From NCBI GenBank assembly GCA_018652045.1, contig JABICX010000005.1, positions 74,426-138,425 of the forward strand: DNA of 64,000 bases, read 5' to 3'. A program made the position numbers and the translations under genes. Positions 9,679-19,145 of this stretch are shown in pieces (position 1 is the first letter of the stretch; each line of letters starts with the position of its first letter). The stretch is from Candidatus Woesearchaeota archaeon. GTDB taxonomy: Archaea; Nanobdellota; Nanobdellia; UBA10117; JABICX01. The notes beneath the pieces are model-generated. The model was not told the origin of the DNA, ran no database searches, and saw only the letters and a list, made by a program, of their open reading frames with translations.

Positions 9679-10164
9679 ATGGTGAAACCTCCATATTACA
9701 ATAAACTAGTCCAACTTAGGAAGATATTAGAGGTAGAGGTAGAGGTAGACGACTTTCCTGAAGATACGTGTGATTGGGTAGATGGTCTTTTAGGACTGAT
9801 GTTTGGTTTCAAACGTCGTTTAGGTACTTGTTTTGGAAAAGAACATGTATGGTCTTTTGACCCAAAGTATAAAGTACACATTGATTTAACTATGGATCAA
9901 TTTCTAGAGTGCAATGAGTCTGTTGTGGTGCTTCCAGAACATAATGATATATTGCGGGCAGATCCATTGGCCGGAAAACGTCGTAGAGATGTTTATTATG
10001 ACGTGCTTCATAATCCGGAGTTTAGAATGGTGATTGGTAGAAGTTTCGATGATGAGTTAAAACTTGGAATTGGAGCAAAAGCTAGAATATTGGGTGTAAC
10101 TTTTTTATATGAGCAATATCGAAAGGGGTTAAGTCGCGAAGTAATTAAAGCTAATATTTTTTAG
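9679..10164 (+). CDS. hypothetical protein
   Basis: ORF with a promoter-like motif upstream; no motif recognised. Confidence 0.45.
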   Translation: MVKPPYYNKLVQLRKILEVEVEVDDFPEDTCDWVDGLLGLMFGFKRRLGTCFGKEHVWSFDPKYKVHIDLTMDQFLECNESVVVLPEHNDILRADPLAGKRRRDVYYDVLHNPEFRMVIGRSFDDELKLGIGAKARILGVTFLYEQYRKGLSREVIKANIF

Positions 10165-10756
10165 AAACTTTCTTTTCGATTCTGTTGATCTCAGTTGTAT
10201 CTGCTCTTACTTCAGGTCTGTTTGGTGTGATGTTACAACAGCCACCTGGACCGATTGAGATTTCATACGTGCCAATCTTACGCGCAATATCTATGATATC
10301 TTGCTTGTTGAACCCTATCAAAGGGCGAAGAATTGGTATAGAAACTGCTTTGTCTTCAACATACAGGTTGTCAAGTGTCTGAGATGCAACTTGGGCTAGA
10401 TTCTCGCCAGTTATAAGTGCTTTTGCATTGATTTTCTTAGCGAGTTTTTGACCTTGCTTTAACATTCTTCTTCTGCACAAAAGACAGAGTTGTTTTTGTT
10501 CTTTCTCATCAAGTTTCTGGTAAAATTTTACTAGTTGTTTACCATGTTCTACGAAAGTTAGCTTAAGTTTTTTCTTGTGTAACTTACTAAGTTGTTTTAC
10601 AAGTTTCTCGATCTTAGTTCTTGTGTAGTCATTGCCAACAGGAGTTAGATCACAGTTTACAAACTCAACAGTGTAACCTTTTGTTAACATTAAGTGTGCA
10701 GCCACTGGCGAATCAATTCCCCCACTGATCAAACACAAGAGTTTTGGTTTTGTCAT
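10151..10756 (-). CDS. PP-loop ATPase, ThiI-like tRNA sulfurtransferase catalytic domain only (no THUMP)
   Basis: PP-loop LISGGIDSPVAAHLM and ThiI-like ITGENLAQVASQT. Confidence 0.7.
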   Translation of the reverse strand: MTKPKLLCLISGGIDSPVAAHLMLTKGYTVEFVNCDLTPVGNDYTRTKIEKLVKQLSKLHKKKLKLTFVEHGKQLVKFYQKLDEKEQKQLCLLCRRRMLKQGQKLAKKINAKALITGENLAQVASQTLDNLYVEDKAVSIPILRPLIGFNKQDIIDIARKIGTYEISIGPGGCCNITPNRPEVRADTTEINRIEKKVSKKY

Positions 10757-10829
10757 GTTAGATATGAATGTAAAGATTTAAAAAATATACTAAAAGTAGT
10801 AAAAAGAATACTAATAAACTGGAAGACAC

Positions 10830-11180
10830 TTAGCGTCTTCTAGTTGTTGTTGCTCTACGTCGAGTTGTAGCAGTTCGTCGAGCAGTAGTTGCTGTTCTTC
10901 GTCGTGTTGTTGTTGCTCTTCGAGTAGCAGGCGCACGTCTTACAACTCTTCTCTTAGCAGTAGTTGTTCGCTTTCGTGTTGTTGTTGCCTTTCGTCGAGT
11001 TGCAGTTTTTCTAACTGGAGCTCTTCGAGTTGTAGCAGTTCGTCGTGTTGTTGTAGCTCTACGTGCAGTAGTTGCGCGTCTCTTTACAGGTGCTCTTCGT
11101 ACAGTTTTCTTTGCTGCTGCCTTTCGTCGTGCTACTGTTCGCCTTTTAATCTTTCTGATCAAACCTAAAACCATAGTCAT
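10830..11180 (-). CDS. extremely basic Arg/Thr/Ala-repeat protein
   Basis: 116 aa made almost entirely of RRATTTRR-type repeats. This is the only long ORF on either strand here. Confidence 0.5.
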   Translation of the reverse strand: MTMVLGLIRKIKRRTVARRKAAAKKTVRRAPVKRRATTARRATTTRRTATTRRAPVRKTATRRKATTTRKRTTTAKRRVVRRAPATRRATTTRRRTATTARRTATTRRRATTTRRR

Positions 11181-11273
11181 CCTCCATTAATTATTACTTA
11201 TACTACTGTATACTTCTTTATATACTTTATTTACTACTTCGTAAAACAAAAATGTAAAAAATAAAAAGAAAAC

Positions 11274-12362
11274 TTAGCCACACGTTGCCGCGTTACTTCC
11301 ACTTGCTGCTGGCGCATTAGTAAGGCCAAATCCTGAAGAAGGCGATGCTGATGAAACTGTTTGTGTGCATTCTTCTGGTGCATTATTGAAAGCCGCGCAA
11401 ATTGCTGCTAAGTAACTTGCTGAATCTCTTCCACTTGAAGCTTGTACTCCATTGATTACAAGTGTTGGTGAACCTCTGACACCGTATTGCTTGTTCTCTG
11501 CGTCATGTACTGGGAACTGTGGGAATCTTCCACCACTCCAAGTTGCTTTGTCTGCTAATAGTGTGAGTATGTTATTGTCTGTGTCTAACTTTGTTGTACA
11601 TGCAGTTAACTTTGTTGTATCAATATTTGTCTCTGCAAGACACCCTTCACCATCACCAGCTTCTAAAAAGCACCACAAGTATTCTAACCATTTGTCTGGT
11701 TGTTCGTCTTGTATGCAAACTTGATTCATCTGCTCAAGAACTTCTGTTTCACCATGCATTGCATAGTTTACAAACTTAATGTCAAACTCGATTTTGTCAC
11801 CAAGTAACTCTGCAACAGGTAGTATACCTTTCTCTGCTTGAGTTCCAAATGGACAGTGTGACATTACAAACAACTCAACTTTTGGTTTGTCTGTCTTTGC
11901 AACATCAGTGCTAGGTTGTTGAGGCTGTGGCTGCGTTGGTTGACTTGGGGCAGGTGCTGCAGCAGCATCAGTTAGTGGGATTGCACTTGGGAATAATAAT
12001 TCACCATTTTTTGTTACATAACTTTTTACTACTTGTGGACCTTGTGGTGTTGTTAATTCTAGATCAATTTCGTATAAACCATAATTGTCTGAAATTGATT
12101 TAACAACAACCTCTGTTCCTTGGTAGTTTGACTCAATGAACTGTTCTACTTTTTGGGATATATCGTCAGTTGATGATCCACTGAAACCCGATACTCCTAC
12201 AAGATTCATTCCATTGAAAACCACACTGATAACTAACAAAGCTGCTAAAGTCATAGATATTTTTTTCCAACTAAACTTAACTTTAGACGTTTTCTTAGAA
12301 TCTTTCGTTGTGGCTTCGTCCAATATTTTTTGAGCGTTCTTTTTTTCTGTCATATTGATCAC
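11274..12362 (-). CDS. membrane-anchored extracytoplasmic thioredoxin-fold protein (CPFG active-site-like motif)
   Basis: N-terminal TM anchor, Pro/Gln linker, then VMSHCPFG followed by a DsbA/GILT-like region. Confidence 0.55.
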   Translation of the reverse strand: MINMTEKKNAQKILDEATTKDSKKTSKVKFSWKKISMTLAALLVISVVFNGMNLVGVSGFSGSSTDDISQKVEQFIESNYQGTEVVVKSISDNYGLYEIDLELTTPQGPQVVKSYVTKNGELLFPSAIPLTDAAAAPAPSQPTQPQPQQPSTDVAKTDKPKVELFVMSHCPFGTQAEKGILPVAELLGDKIEFDIKFVNYAMHGETEVLEQMNQVCIQDEQPDKWLEYLWCFLEAGDGEGCLAETNIDTTKLTACTTKLDTDNNILTLLADKATWSGGRFPQFPVHDAENKQYGVRGSPTLVINGVQASSGRDSASYLAAICAAFNNAPEECTQTVSSASPSSGFGLTNAPAASGSNAATCG

Positions 12363-12410
12363 AAACTTCTTTACTTAGCTATTTATAAGAATTTCTCAAC
12401 TATGTTCTAC

Positions 12411-12869
12411 TTATGTCGTGCAGGTGGGGCCTTCGCAATCGCACGGTTCCCCATCAACACATTCTAAGTTATGTATATCGCAACCAGCAATACCACATTC
12501 ACCACATTCACCACTAGTTAATTGGTCTGAAGTGAGTGGGCAACTATTTGGATCTTCAGGGTTGCAAGTTCCATGAACTCCTAAGTTATATATTGCATAT
12601 CCTGAGTATATCATGCTTATGAAGAATACAACAACCATTATCCAGCTTAGTAACTCAAAGTTTCTGTTAACAAAGCGAGCAGATCGAGGTGATTTGTTGA
12701 TAAGTTTACCAACAATCTTACCTTTCATCTTCTGATCAAAGTTGCTGTTACACGGTCTAAGGGTGATTCTTCTAAAGACACAGTCAAAGGCTTCTTTTGC
12801 TAATGGTCGATGAGTCGTTGAAAATAAGCCAAGGATTCCGAATACAACAAGCGCAAGTATACATATCAT
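12411..12869 (-). CDS. membrane protein with Cys-rich extracytoplasmic tail
   Basis: Two TM helices, a CxxxxxxxxxC pair between them, and 11 Cys in the last 50 aa or so. Confidence 0.45.
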   Translation of the reverse strand: MICILALVVFGILGLFSTTHRPLAKEAFDCVFRRITLRPCNSNFDQKMKGKIVGKLINKSPRSARFVNRNFELLSWIMVVVFFISMIYSGYAIYNLGVHGTCNPEDPNSCPLTSDQLTSGECGECGIAGCDIHNLECVDGEPCDCEGPTCTT

Positions 12870-12892
12870 AGTTTACAGAGATCTTATTTAAT

Positions 12893-13519
12893 TTAAGCGT
12901 TTCCCCCCTTTTGTAGTTCTTTATCGATTACTTGCTTAAACTTACTAAATGGCTGAGCTCCAGTAATCAGTTCACCGTTTATGAAGAATGCGGGTGTTCC
13001 ACTTACTCCTGCAGCAGACCCATCTTTCATGTCTTTCTTTACTTCATCTGCCATTGCATCAGAGTCTAAGCATTCGTCAAAGTCAGCAGTATTAAGTCCC
13101 AAATCTTTAGCATATTGCTTAAAAGAAGTTATTCCACCACTAACACCATTTTCAAATAGCATGTCATGCATATCCCAGAACTTTCCTTGCTCGCCAGCAC
13201 ATTCCGCTGCTTCTGCTGCTTTCTGAGCTTGCTTATGGAAACCTAATGGGAAGTCACGGAATACCATTTTTCCTTTTCCAGTCTTGATGTATGTATCATC
13301 AATCTGCCCTAGCGTGTCTCTATAGAATCGTGCACAATAAGGACATTCAAAGTCACTGAACTCTACAATTGTTACAGGTGCGTCTGCGTCACCTTTAACT
13401 GTATCGTCGTCAATCAAAGCACTATTGCCCGTCGCGCCTCCAGAATCTCCAACACATCCAGATACGATAACTAGAGCAACAAAAACTAATGGAATTACCC
13501 ACAGATTTTTACCTTTCAT
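12893..13519 (-). CDS. DsbA-family thiol:disulfide oxidoreductase, probable lipoprotein
   Basis: FSDFECPYCARF active site. The internal Met gives the signal MKGKNLWVIPLVFVALVIVSGC. The track start at 13639 is probably too long. Confidence 0.85.
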   Translation of the reverse strand: MKGKNLWVIPLVFVALVIVSGCVGDSGGATGNSALIDDDTVKGDADAPVTIVEFSDFECPYCARFYRDTLGQIDDTYIKTGKGKMVFRDFPLGFHKQAQKAAEAAECAGEQGKFWDMHDMLFENGVSGGITSFKQYAKDLGLNTADFDECLDSDAMADEVKKDMKDGSAAGVSGTPAFFINGELITGAQPFSKFKQVIDKELQKGGNA

Positions 13520-13614
13520 AGATACTATTACATTGAAACAGTTATTAAGGACATTGTTGAAACTAGTTTCAATTTTAATCGGAGGTTTTTTAAGAGAGGT
13601 TTTAGTTTTAGTAT

Positions 13615-14310
13615 ATGCGACATAAAGGTGAGATAGCAATAGCCCGAGTATATGATTCTCTAGATACGAAACGTTATCCCGTAGCCGCTGAAGTTGTTAC
13701 AGGTAATTACGAAGGGCTTGCATGTCGAGTTACGGGGTTGAACCCTGCCTTCAGAGGAGACTTTGTTGCTAGATTTTGCCCATTGTTAGATCAAAGTTCT
13801 ATTGATCGAGGTACATTAACTGCTAATTTCATATCTACATATAGTCCTAAAGGTTTTAACTTTTGTAGGACGGGGGATATAGGATTACATGCTGTCTGGA
13901 CCGAAAAAATGCGTATTGATACAGATACTGAAGAAAAGTTGCCCACACTTGCACAGATAAAACAGTATTATAATATGGAGGATCTTGATAAGGTATTATT
14001 TCTAAGGAGAGAGGATGTGGTTGATGCTACACATGGTGAAAGAAGTGATATTTTAGTGGGATATTGTTTAGAAGATACATATGTAGACCGCTATGAATAT
14101 GGTGATACACTTAAAGCTTATCCATTTAACTCTTGTATATCTGAACATATGAAACGAGTGGGTTTTATTTCACCTCTTTTAGTTATTCGAGATGGACGAG
14201 TTGGAAAAGAGGCATATCTGGATAAGATTCGACCAGTATTGTGGAATCGACGATACTGGACATTATCTATGGATCTTACGTATAATCCAGTTACTGATGT
14301 TTTAGAATAA
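13615..14310 (+). CDS. hypothetical protein
   Basis: ORF only. Confidence 0.45.
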   Translation: MRHKGEIAIARVYDSLDTKRYPVAAEVVTGNYEGLACRVTGLNPAFRGDFVARFCPLLDQSSIDRGTLTANFISTYSPKGFNFCRTGDIGLHAVWTEKMRIDTDTEEKLPTLAQIKQYYNMEDLDKVLFLRREDVVDATHGERSDILVGYCLEDTYVDRYEYGDTLKAYPFNSCISEHMKRVGFISPLLVIRDGRVGKEAYLDKIRPVLWNRRYWTLSMDLTYNPVTDVLE

Positions 14311-14746
14311 CTGCGTTTGTCATTCCTCTACGTCGCCTTTCGATTAAGTTACGACCCTCTAACTTGTCTAGAATACGAGTAACTTTAACTTTTGAGAGCT
14401 CTAATTTTTCAACTAACTCGCTTTGGAATATCATACCGTCTTGTTTAGCTAACTCGTCGATAATCTTTCGTTCATCTTCGCTAAGATTTTCAGGAATAAC
14501 TATCTTCTTTTTCGTAGGTTTATCTTTTACAATAACAAAATAACTTAATACGAATAGAACTATTGCTGAACCAATACCTAGATAGACTTGCCAAGGCATT
14601 CTGTCAGCATTCTCACAGACATTGCCTTCTGAACATCCACACTGCTCTGTCCCCACGTCTTTAATCACAGGGATTAATGATACTATGAGTATTAAAACTA
14701 CTATAGCAAACGCAGCAATCAGTAACCCGAGGTGTTTATTGTTCAT
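14291..14746 (-). CDS. membrane-anchored winged-helix (MarR-like) regulator
   Basis: N-terminal TM helix, a CGCSEGNVC motif, a second TM helix, and a C-terminal wHTH (MIFQSELVEKLELSKVKVTRILDKLEGRNLI). Confidence 0.55.
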   Translation of the reverse strand: MNNKHLGLLIAAFAIVVLILIVSLIPVIKDVGTEQCGCSEGNVCENADRMPWQVYLGIGSAIVLFVLSYFVIVKDKPTKKKIVIPENLSEDERKIIDELAKQDGMIFQSELVEKLELSKVKVTRILDKLEGRNLIERRRRGMTNAVILKHQ

Positions 14747-14834
14747 GTTCAGTGTTCATATTAAACGCTTAAAACGCTTATGCAACTAGTTTCACTATAG
14801 AAATCTTCTTAATCTTTTACTACTATAGCTCTAA

Positions 14835-15503
14835 ATGGCAGCTTTCCGTTATGGTATGGTTGATATCGAATGGTTAGGACACGCTAGTTTTAGGATATCA
14901 ACACAGGGTAAGATTATCTATGTTGATCCATATGTTCTTGATGAAGAGCCGCTGCCAGCAGATATAATTATTGTTACTCATGAGCATTATGATCACTGTG
15001 CGGTTGATAATATTCAGAAACTTATGAAAGAAAGCACGTTGGTTCTTGCTCCGCAGAACTGTCTGACTAAGCTTGCTTTTGTGCCGCGGAAAAGTCTTCA
15101 GTTGATTGCGCCAGATGATACGTTAGTTGTAGGAGATCTTAGAATTCATACTATTCCTGCTTACAATGATAACAAGTTTAGAGCGCATAATATACCCTAC
15201 CATTCTAAGGGTTTCGGTTTCGGTTTCGTAATGACTTTTGCAGGAGTAAAGATATATCATGCGGGAGATACCGACTTTGTTCCAGAGATGCGCGAGCTTG
15301 CCTTAGAGAATATTGATGTTGCGTTGGTTCCAGTTGGTGGCAAGTATACTATGGACGCTAGAGAGGCGGCTCAGGCAATTAAGGCGATTCACCCAAAAGT
15401 CGCCATACCGATGCACTGGGGTTCTGATGTTGTTGGCACGCAAGAGGATGCAGATCGGTTCAAGGAGCTAGCTGAAGATACTTGTGAGATTGTCGTTCTC
15501 TGA
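14835..15503 (+). CDS. metallo-beta-lactamase-fold hydrolase (UPF0173-like)
   Basis: THEHYDH motif and overall MBL pattern. Confidence 0.8.
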   Translation: MAAFRYGMVDIEWLGHASFRISTQGKIIYVDPYVLDEEPLPADIIIVTHEHYDHCAVDNIQKLMKESTLVLAPQNCLTKLAFVPRKSLQLIAPDDTLVVGDLRIHTIPAYNDNKFRAHNIPYHSKGFGFGFVMTFAGVKIYHAGDTDFVPEMRELALENIDVALVPVGGKYTMDAREAAQAIKAIHPKVAIPMHWGSDVVGTQEDADRFKELAEDTCEIVVL

Positions 15504-15554
15504 ACGTAGTCAATAATTTTTATATATGTGACATGATTTTTATAGTAGATTAAT

Positions 15555-15641
15555 ATGAATTTCAAAGACCCAAAGACTATCGGTGGAATTGTAGGTGTTA
15601 TTGTAATAATTGCAGCTGCATATTACTTTTTTATGATGTAA
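15555..15641 (+). CDS. possible 28-aa single-TM micropeptide
   Basis: My translation: MNFKDPKTIGGIVGVIVIIAAAYYFFMM. Too short for the ORF track and unsupported by anything else. Confidence 0.2.
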   Translation: MNFKDPKTIGGIVGVIVIIAAAYYFFMM

Positions 15642-15685
15642 GAAAGTAATAAGAATTATTTAGAATTTATTTTTATATTTATTTT

Positions 15686-16879
15686 TTATTGTATTACTCC
15701 AAAGCCGATTAAGTGCCATCGAGCCTTAATCTGACGTGAGATCGCTACCTTACTGCCTTTATGCGCGCAGATCGGTCGTTTTAGCTGAAGTTTAGTTTTT
15801 CCTTTAGTGGATTGTGTGGTGACGCCGACAGTTGTTGCCGTGCCTGAGTTGATTACAAGTGGCTCGTTCATAGCTATTGGTGTAACGGGCATGTCGTCTT
15901 TTATACCCAATATCTTATCAAACAACTCTACATTAAGTTCCAGTGTATCATATATTTTAGGCATCTTTCCAGGGATCCCCACTACTGAACCTACGACACC
16001 ATCTTTCTTAGTGATGAATGGATCTAGCTCCGTCTCAAATGCAATGGATCCTCCAGGACCTTTTTCTTCAATAAACGCAGATCCAACTACAATGGAACTA
16101 ATTTTTGTTCGGATTGGCTGCCAGACGATTTGATTGTGTTTTTCAGTTTTGATGCCTGGTAGAATCTCGATCTCTTGACCTATCTTAAATTGCCCTTCAG
16201 TTATTGCTCCACCAATAACGCCACCTTTTAGTTTTTCGATCTTTGTTCCTGGTTTGTTAATGTCAAAGCTTCGAGCGATAAGGAATTCAGGATCCTTTGA
16301 AGCATCTCTATCCGGGGTTGGCATAAACTCTTGTATTGCTTCAATAACGAGATCAACATTGACTCTTTTTTGAGCTGAAATTGGTATGATTGGCGCGTCA
16401 AAACCAAGCATATCTTTTGCAAATGCTTTGATTTGCTTGTAGTTCTGCTTTGCTTGGGCTTCAGTTACAAGATCTACCTTGTTTTGTATGATTATGATGT
16501 TCTTAATGCCAAGAATCTTAAGTGCAGTAAGGTGTTCAGTTGTCTGTGGTTGAGGACATTCTTCATTGGCAGCTACCATTAGAATCGCTGCATCCATGAT
16601 AGCAGCTCCTGAGACCATGATTGCCATAAGAGTCTCGTGGCCCGGTGCATCAACAAGAGATACTCTTCGAACAACGTCACCTTTCTTATCTTTGATATTA
16701 ATGTCTGCGTAGCCTAGCTTGATTGTAATACCTCGTTTAAGTTCCTCAGAGTGGGTATCTGTCCACTTGCCAGATAGCGCCTGAGTTAGTGTTGTTTTAC
16801 CATGATCTACATGTCCAATAAGTCCTATGTTCATGGTTGGTAACATCTCAGTCTTAGCTTTAGCCATGTACATAACCAT
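15686..16879 (-). CDS. eif2g: translation initiation factor aIF2 gamma
   Basis: GHVDHGKTTL, DAPGH and NKVD G-motifs with aIF2-gamma domain order. The start may be the MAKAK Met, 12 nt downstream. Confidence 0.95.
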   Translation of the reverse strand: MVMYMAKAKTEMLPTMNIGLIGHVDHGKTTLTQALSGKWTDTHSEELKRGITIKLGYADINIKDKKGDVVRRVSLVDAPGHETLMAIMVSGAAIMDAAILMVAANEECPQPQTTEHLTALKILGIKNIIIIQNKVDLVTEAQAKQNYKQIKAFAKDMLGFDAPIIPISAQKRVNVDLVIEAIQEFMPTPDRDASKDPEFLIARSFDINKPGTKIEKLKGGVIGGAITEGQFKIGQEIEILPGIKTEKHNQIVWQPIRTKISSIVVGSAFIEEKGPGGSIAFETELDPFITKKDGVVGSVVGIPGKMPKIYDTLELNVELFDKILGIKDDMPVTPIAMNEPLVINSGTATTVGVTTQSTKGKTKLQLKRPICAHKGSKVAISRQIKARWHLIGFGVIQ

Positions 16880-16885
16880 AGAACT

Positions 16886-17344
16886 ATGTTTAAAAAGCTT
16901 GTTGAGTATCGAAGTTCTTATAAATTTATTATCCTATTTAAAATTATGAGCGAATTATTACTTACTCCAAAAGGTGTATATGATATTGTAACTGATACCG
17001 GGCTACCTTTAGCTTATAATGTTACACCACCATTAAGAGTTATAAGTGTGGATCACGCACGAAATTTACCTTTGCAAAATATAGTTCTGGAGGGCGATAT
17101 CAAGGTTGAGATTAGCAACCCCCTTTTTTCAATGGATCATGGATTAACTGATGAAAATAGTAAATTAGATATTCACCCAGACGAATTTGTTCAGGTTGCT
17201 TTTGAGGAGGGTGATGGGTTAGTTCCATTAGTCGTAAATCATTTTCTAAATAATCTTGGAGACGCGGAAGGTAAGCCTCGTTTGGGTTTTAGAGCAATGT
17301 ATGTTTTAGCAAGTCGTAAAATAATACCCACAACACAAGAATAA
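16886..17344 (+). CDS. hypothetical protein
   Basis: ORF only; the real start is possibly MSELLL. Confidence 0.4.
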   Translation: MFKKLVEYRSSYKFIILFKIMSELLLTPKGVYDIVTDTGLPLAYNVTPPLRVISVDHARNLPLQNIVLEGDIKVEISNPLFSMDHGLTDENSKLDIHPDEFVQVAFEEGDGLVPLVVNHFLNNLGDAEGKPRLGFRAMYVLASRKIIPTTQE

Positions 17345-17399
17345 GTATACTTAATCGTTTACGTCTAATTTGAACCTTTTTCAAAAAGATTCATTAAAA

Positions 17400-17579
17400 T
17401 TACTTTATTGTCTTCTTTTCCTTCTTCTTAGGTCTGAAGTTCTTCTTTTGACAACCTTTGCATATGAGTTTCTTAGCTTGCACTTTGACCGAATCTGCTT
17501 TCATAACTGTCTTACAGTTCTTACAGACCCACTTTCTTCCAAAAATGCGGTTCATTGCTTCAGGTAGCTTTTCTGACAT
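17400..17579 (-). CDS. rpl40e: ribosomal protein L40e (eL40)
   Basis: Not in the ORF track (59 aa). My translation: MSEKLPEAMNRIFGRKWVCKNCKTVMKADSVKVQAKKLICKGCQKKNFRPKKKEKKTIK, with CxxC...CxxC. The start overlaps the aIF5A stop by 1 nt (TAATG). Confidence 0.85.
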   Translation of the reverse strand: MSEKLPEAMNRIFGRKWVCKNCKTVMKADSVKVQAKKLICKGCQKKNFRPKKKEKKTIK

Positions 17580-17992
17580 TATTTCACACTCTTCATAATC
17601 TTCTTGCCCAAGATGTTCCAGTATATGATGTTTGCGCCAGCAATAACCTTGCCTTCTAATTCTGCAGGTATCGCTAAGTCAAAGGTCTCATATGTTTCCA
17701 TGTCCATGATTTGTGCTGTCTTTCCAGATATAGATAGGACTTGAGCAGATTGCTTATCAATAATTGGTACGTCCACATGGGCGTGTCCAGTCATCATTAT
17801 AACTTTCTTGTTTCCCGTTAGAAGATCTTCTGCATCAACACGATACTTTGCGTGGCCGTGCTTTCCGGGAGCAGATTTCTGCATCTTCTTGATAATACAG
17901 GCAGATCCGTCGATAACAATGTATCTACCTTCTTTTAATTTACCAATTATTTCTTTAATCATATCGGGACTCATAAAGAAACAAAGAACCAA
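17579..17992 (-). CDS. eif5a: translation initiation factor aIF5A
   Basis: Hypusine loop SAPGKHGHAKYRV. The true start is probably an internal Met (MIKEIIGKLKEG). Confidence 0.9.
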   Translation of the reverse strand: MVLCFFMSPDMIKEIIGKLKEGRYIVIDGSACIIKKMQKSAPGKHGHAKYRVDAEDLLTGNKKVIMMTGHAHVDVPIIDKQSAQVLSISGKTAQIMDMETYETFDLAIPAELEGKVIAGANIIYWNILGKKIMKSVK

Positions 17993-18006
17993 TCCCTATA
18001 AAAAGC

Positions 18007-19107
18007 TTACTCTAACATTGGGTATCTTAGAATAGCTGCGATGCCGCTAAGGTTCTTTAGCTGAACACCTTCTTTTGTGTCGGTTGAGATGACCTGCCAC
18101 TCGCCTTTAAACTTCTCACATTCCTGAGCAAGTGTGTCGATCTTCTGTGCATCAATATCTTCTGAAAGTAGGAGTAGATCAACTGCTCCAGCCTCAATCG
18201 CTTGCACAACGGTTTCTTCACCATATGCTGCAAACTTTGGCTTTAATGATAGAACTGACATGAAGCGGTTTACTGCTACTTTTTCTTTTGCTACTTCTTC
18301 TTGTGCAAGTATGTCGCTGCTTCTCTCGACTAGTTCTTCTAGTCCCTGATGACCCGTATAACCTGTATCTATTATTCCAATTATCTTATCTTTAATCTCA
18401 GTAAACATAAAGTTACCATTTGAGAAACTCTCTTTGTTTGGACCAGGTCCTCCAACTAAGATACCTTTTATCTCTTTGTTACCTAAGAATTGCTTGTTTA
18501 CGGTATCGCCCACAGTCTTGAAGAAATCCTTAAGCATACCTTCTCTAACTCGTGCGAAACGTGCAGCAGACTGTCCACCTTTTTTAGTATCGCCTGGAAC
18601 TACTGAATGGAAGTTCTTTACAGGTATAATTGCCTTGCCTTTTAGCAGTGCTATGTTACCTTCTTGTCGATCAATTACAATTAGACCATAGGTTTCTTTA
18701 ATGTCAATAAACGCTTGTAGTGGTTCTATGAAGAACGCTTGATCACACCGATATACTCGAGTGTTTAATGGAGTTGGTGGTTCAACTTCCCATACCTGAA
18801 CATCAGATTGACCCTCTCTTTCAGAGACATTTCCCGCAAAGATCGCTAGACCGTTTGGTGGCGTATGTTTATGTAATGATAATGCTCGAATCATTCTTTC
18901 GAGTGCATCTTGAACGTTCTTCCGAGTTGTGCTAGATTTAATGTTGCGTGCAGTGCCAGCTTCACCTGATAGCTGTTGCCTTACTTTGTCTAAGCTATAT
19001 CCTGCAGGAACATATACGGAGATCAGTTCAGTATGTCTAGCTCGATGTTTTCCTAACTCAGCTATGGTTTTACGCATCTTAAAGCGCTCTTTTGATGTAA
19101 TTGACAT
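18007..19107 (-). CDS. prf1: peptide chain release factor aRF1
   Basis: NIKS, YRCDQAF (YxCxxxF) and GGQSAARFAR motifs. Confidence 0.95.
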   Translation of the reverse strand: MSITSKERFKMRKTIAELGKHRARHTELISVYVPAGYSLDKVRQQLSGEAGTARNIKSSTTRKNVQDALERMIRALSLHKHTPPNGLAIFAGNVSEREGQSDVQVWEVEPPTPLNTRVYRCDQAFFIEPLQAFIDIKETYGLIVIDRQEGNIALLKGKAIIPVKNFHSVVPGDTKKGGQSAARFARVREGMLKDFFKTVGDTVNKQFLGNKEIKGILVGGPGPNKESFSNGNFMFTEIKDKIIGIIDTGYTGHQGLEELVERSSDILAQEEVAKEKVAVNRFMSVLSLKPKFAAYGEETVVQAIEAGAVDLLLLSEDIDAQKIDTLAQECEKFKGEWQVISTDTKEGVQLKNLSGIAAILRYPMLE

Positions 19108-19145
19108 GTTAATGTGTGTATAATATTACATATAAGGTTTGCTAG

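Noticed and set aside
10830-11180. A tandem DNA repeat that could be a CRISPR-like or satellite array
   Set aside because: The repeats are short, imperfect and in-frame within one continuous ORF, with no repeat-spacer periodicity. A coding low-complexity protein explains it better.
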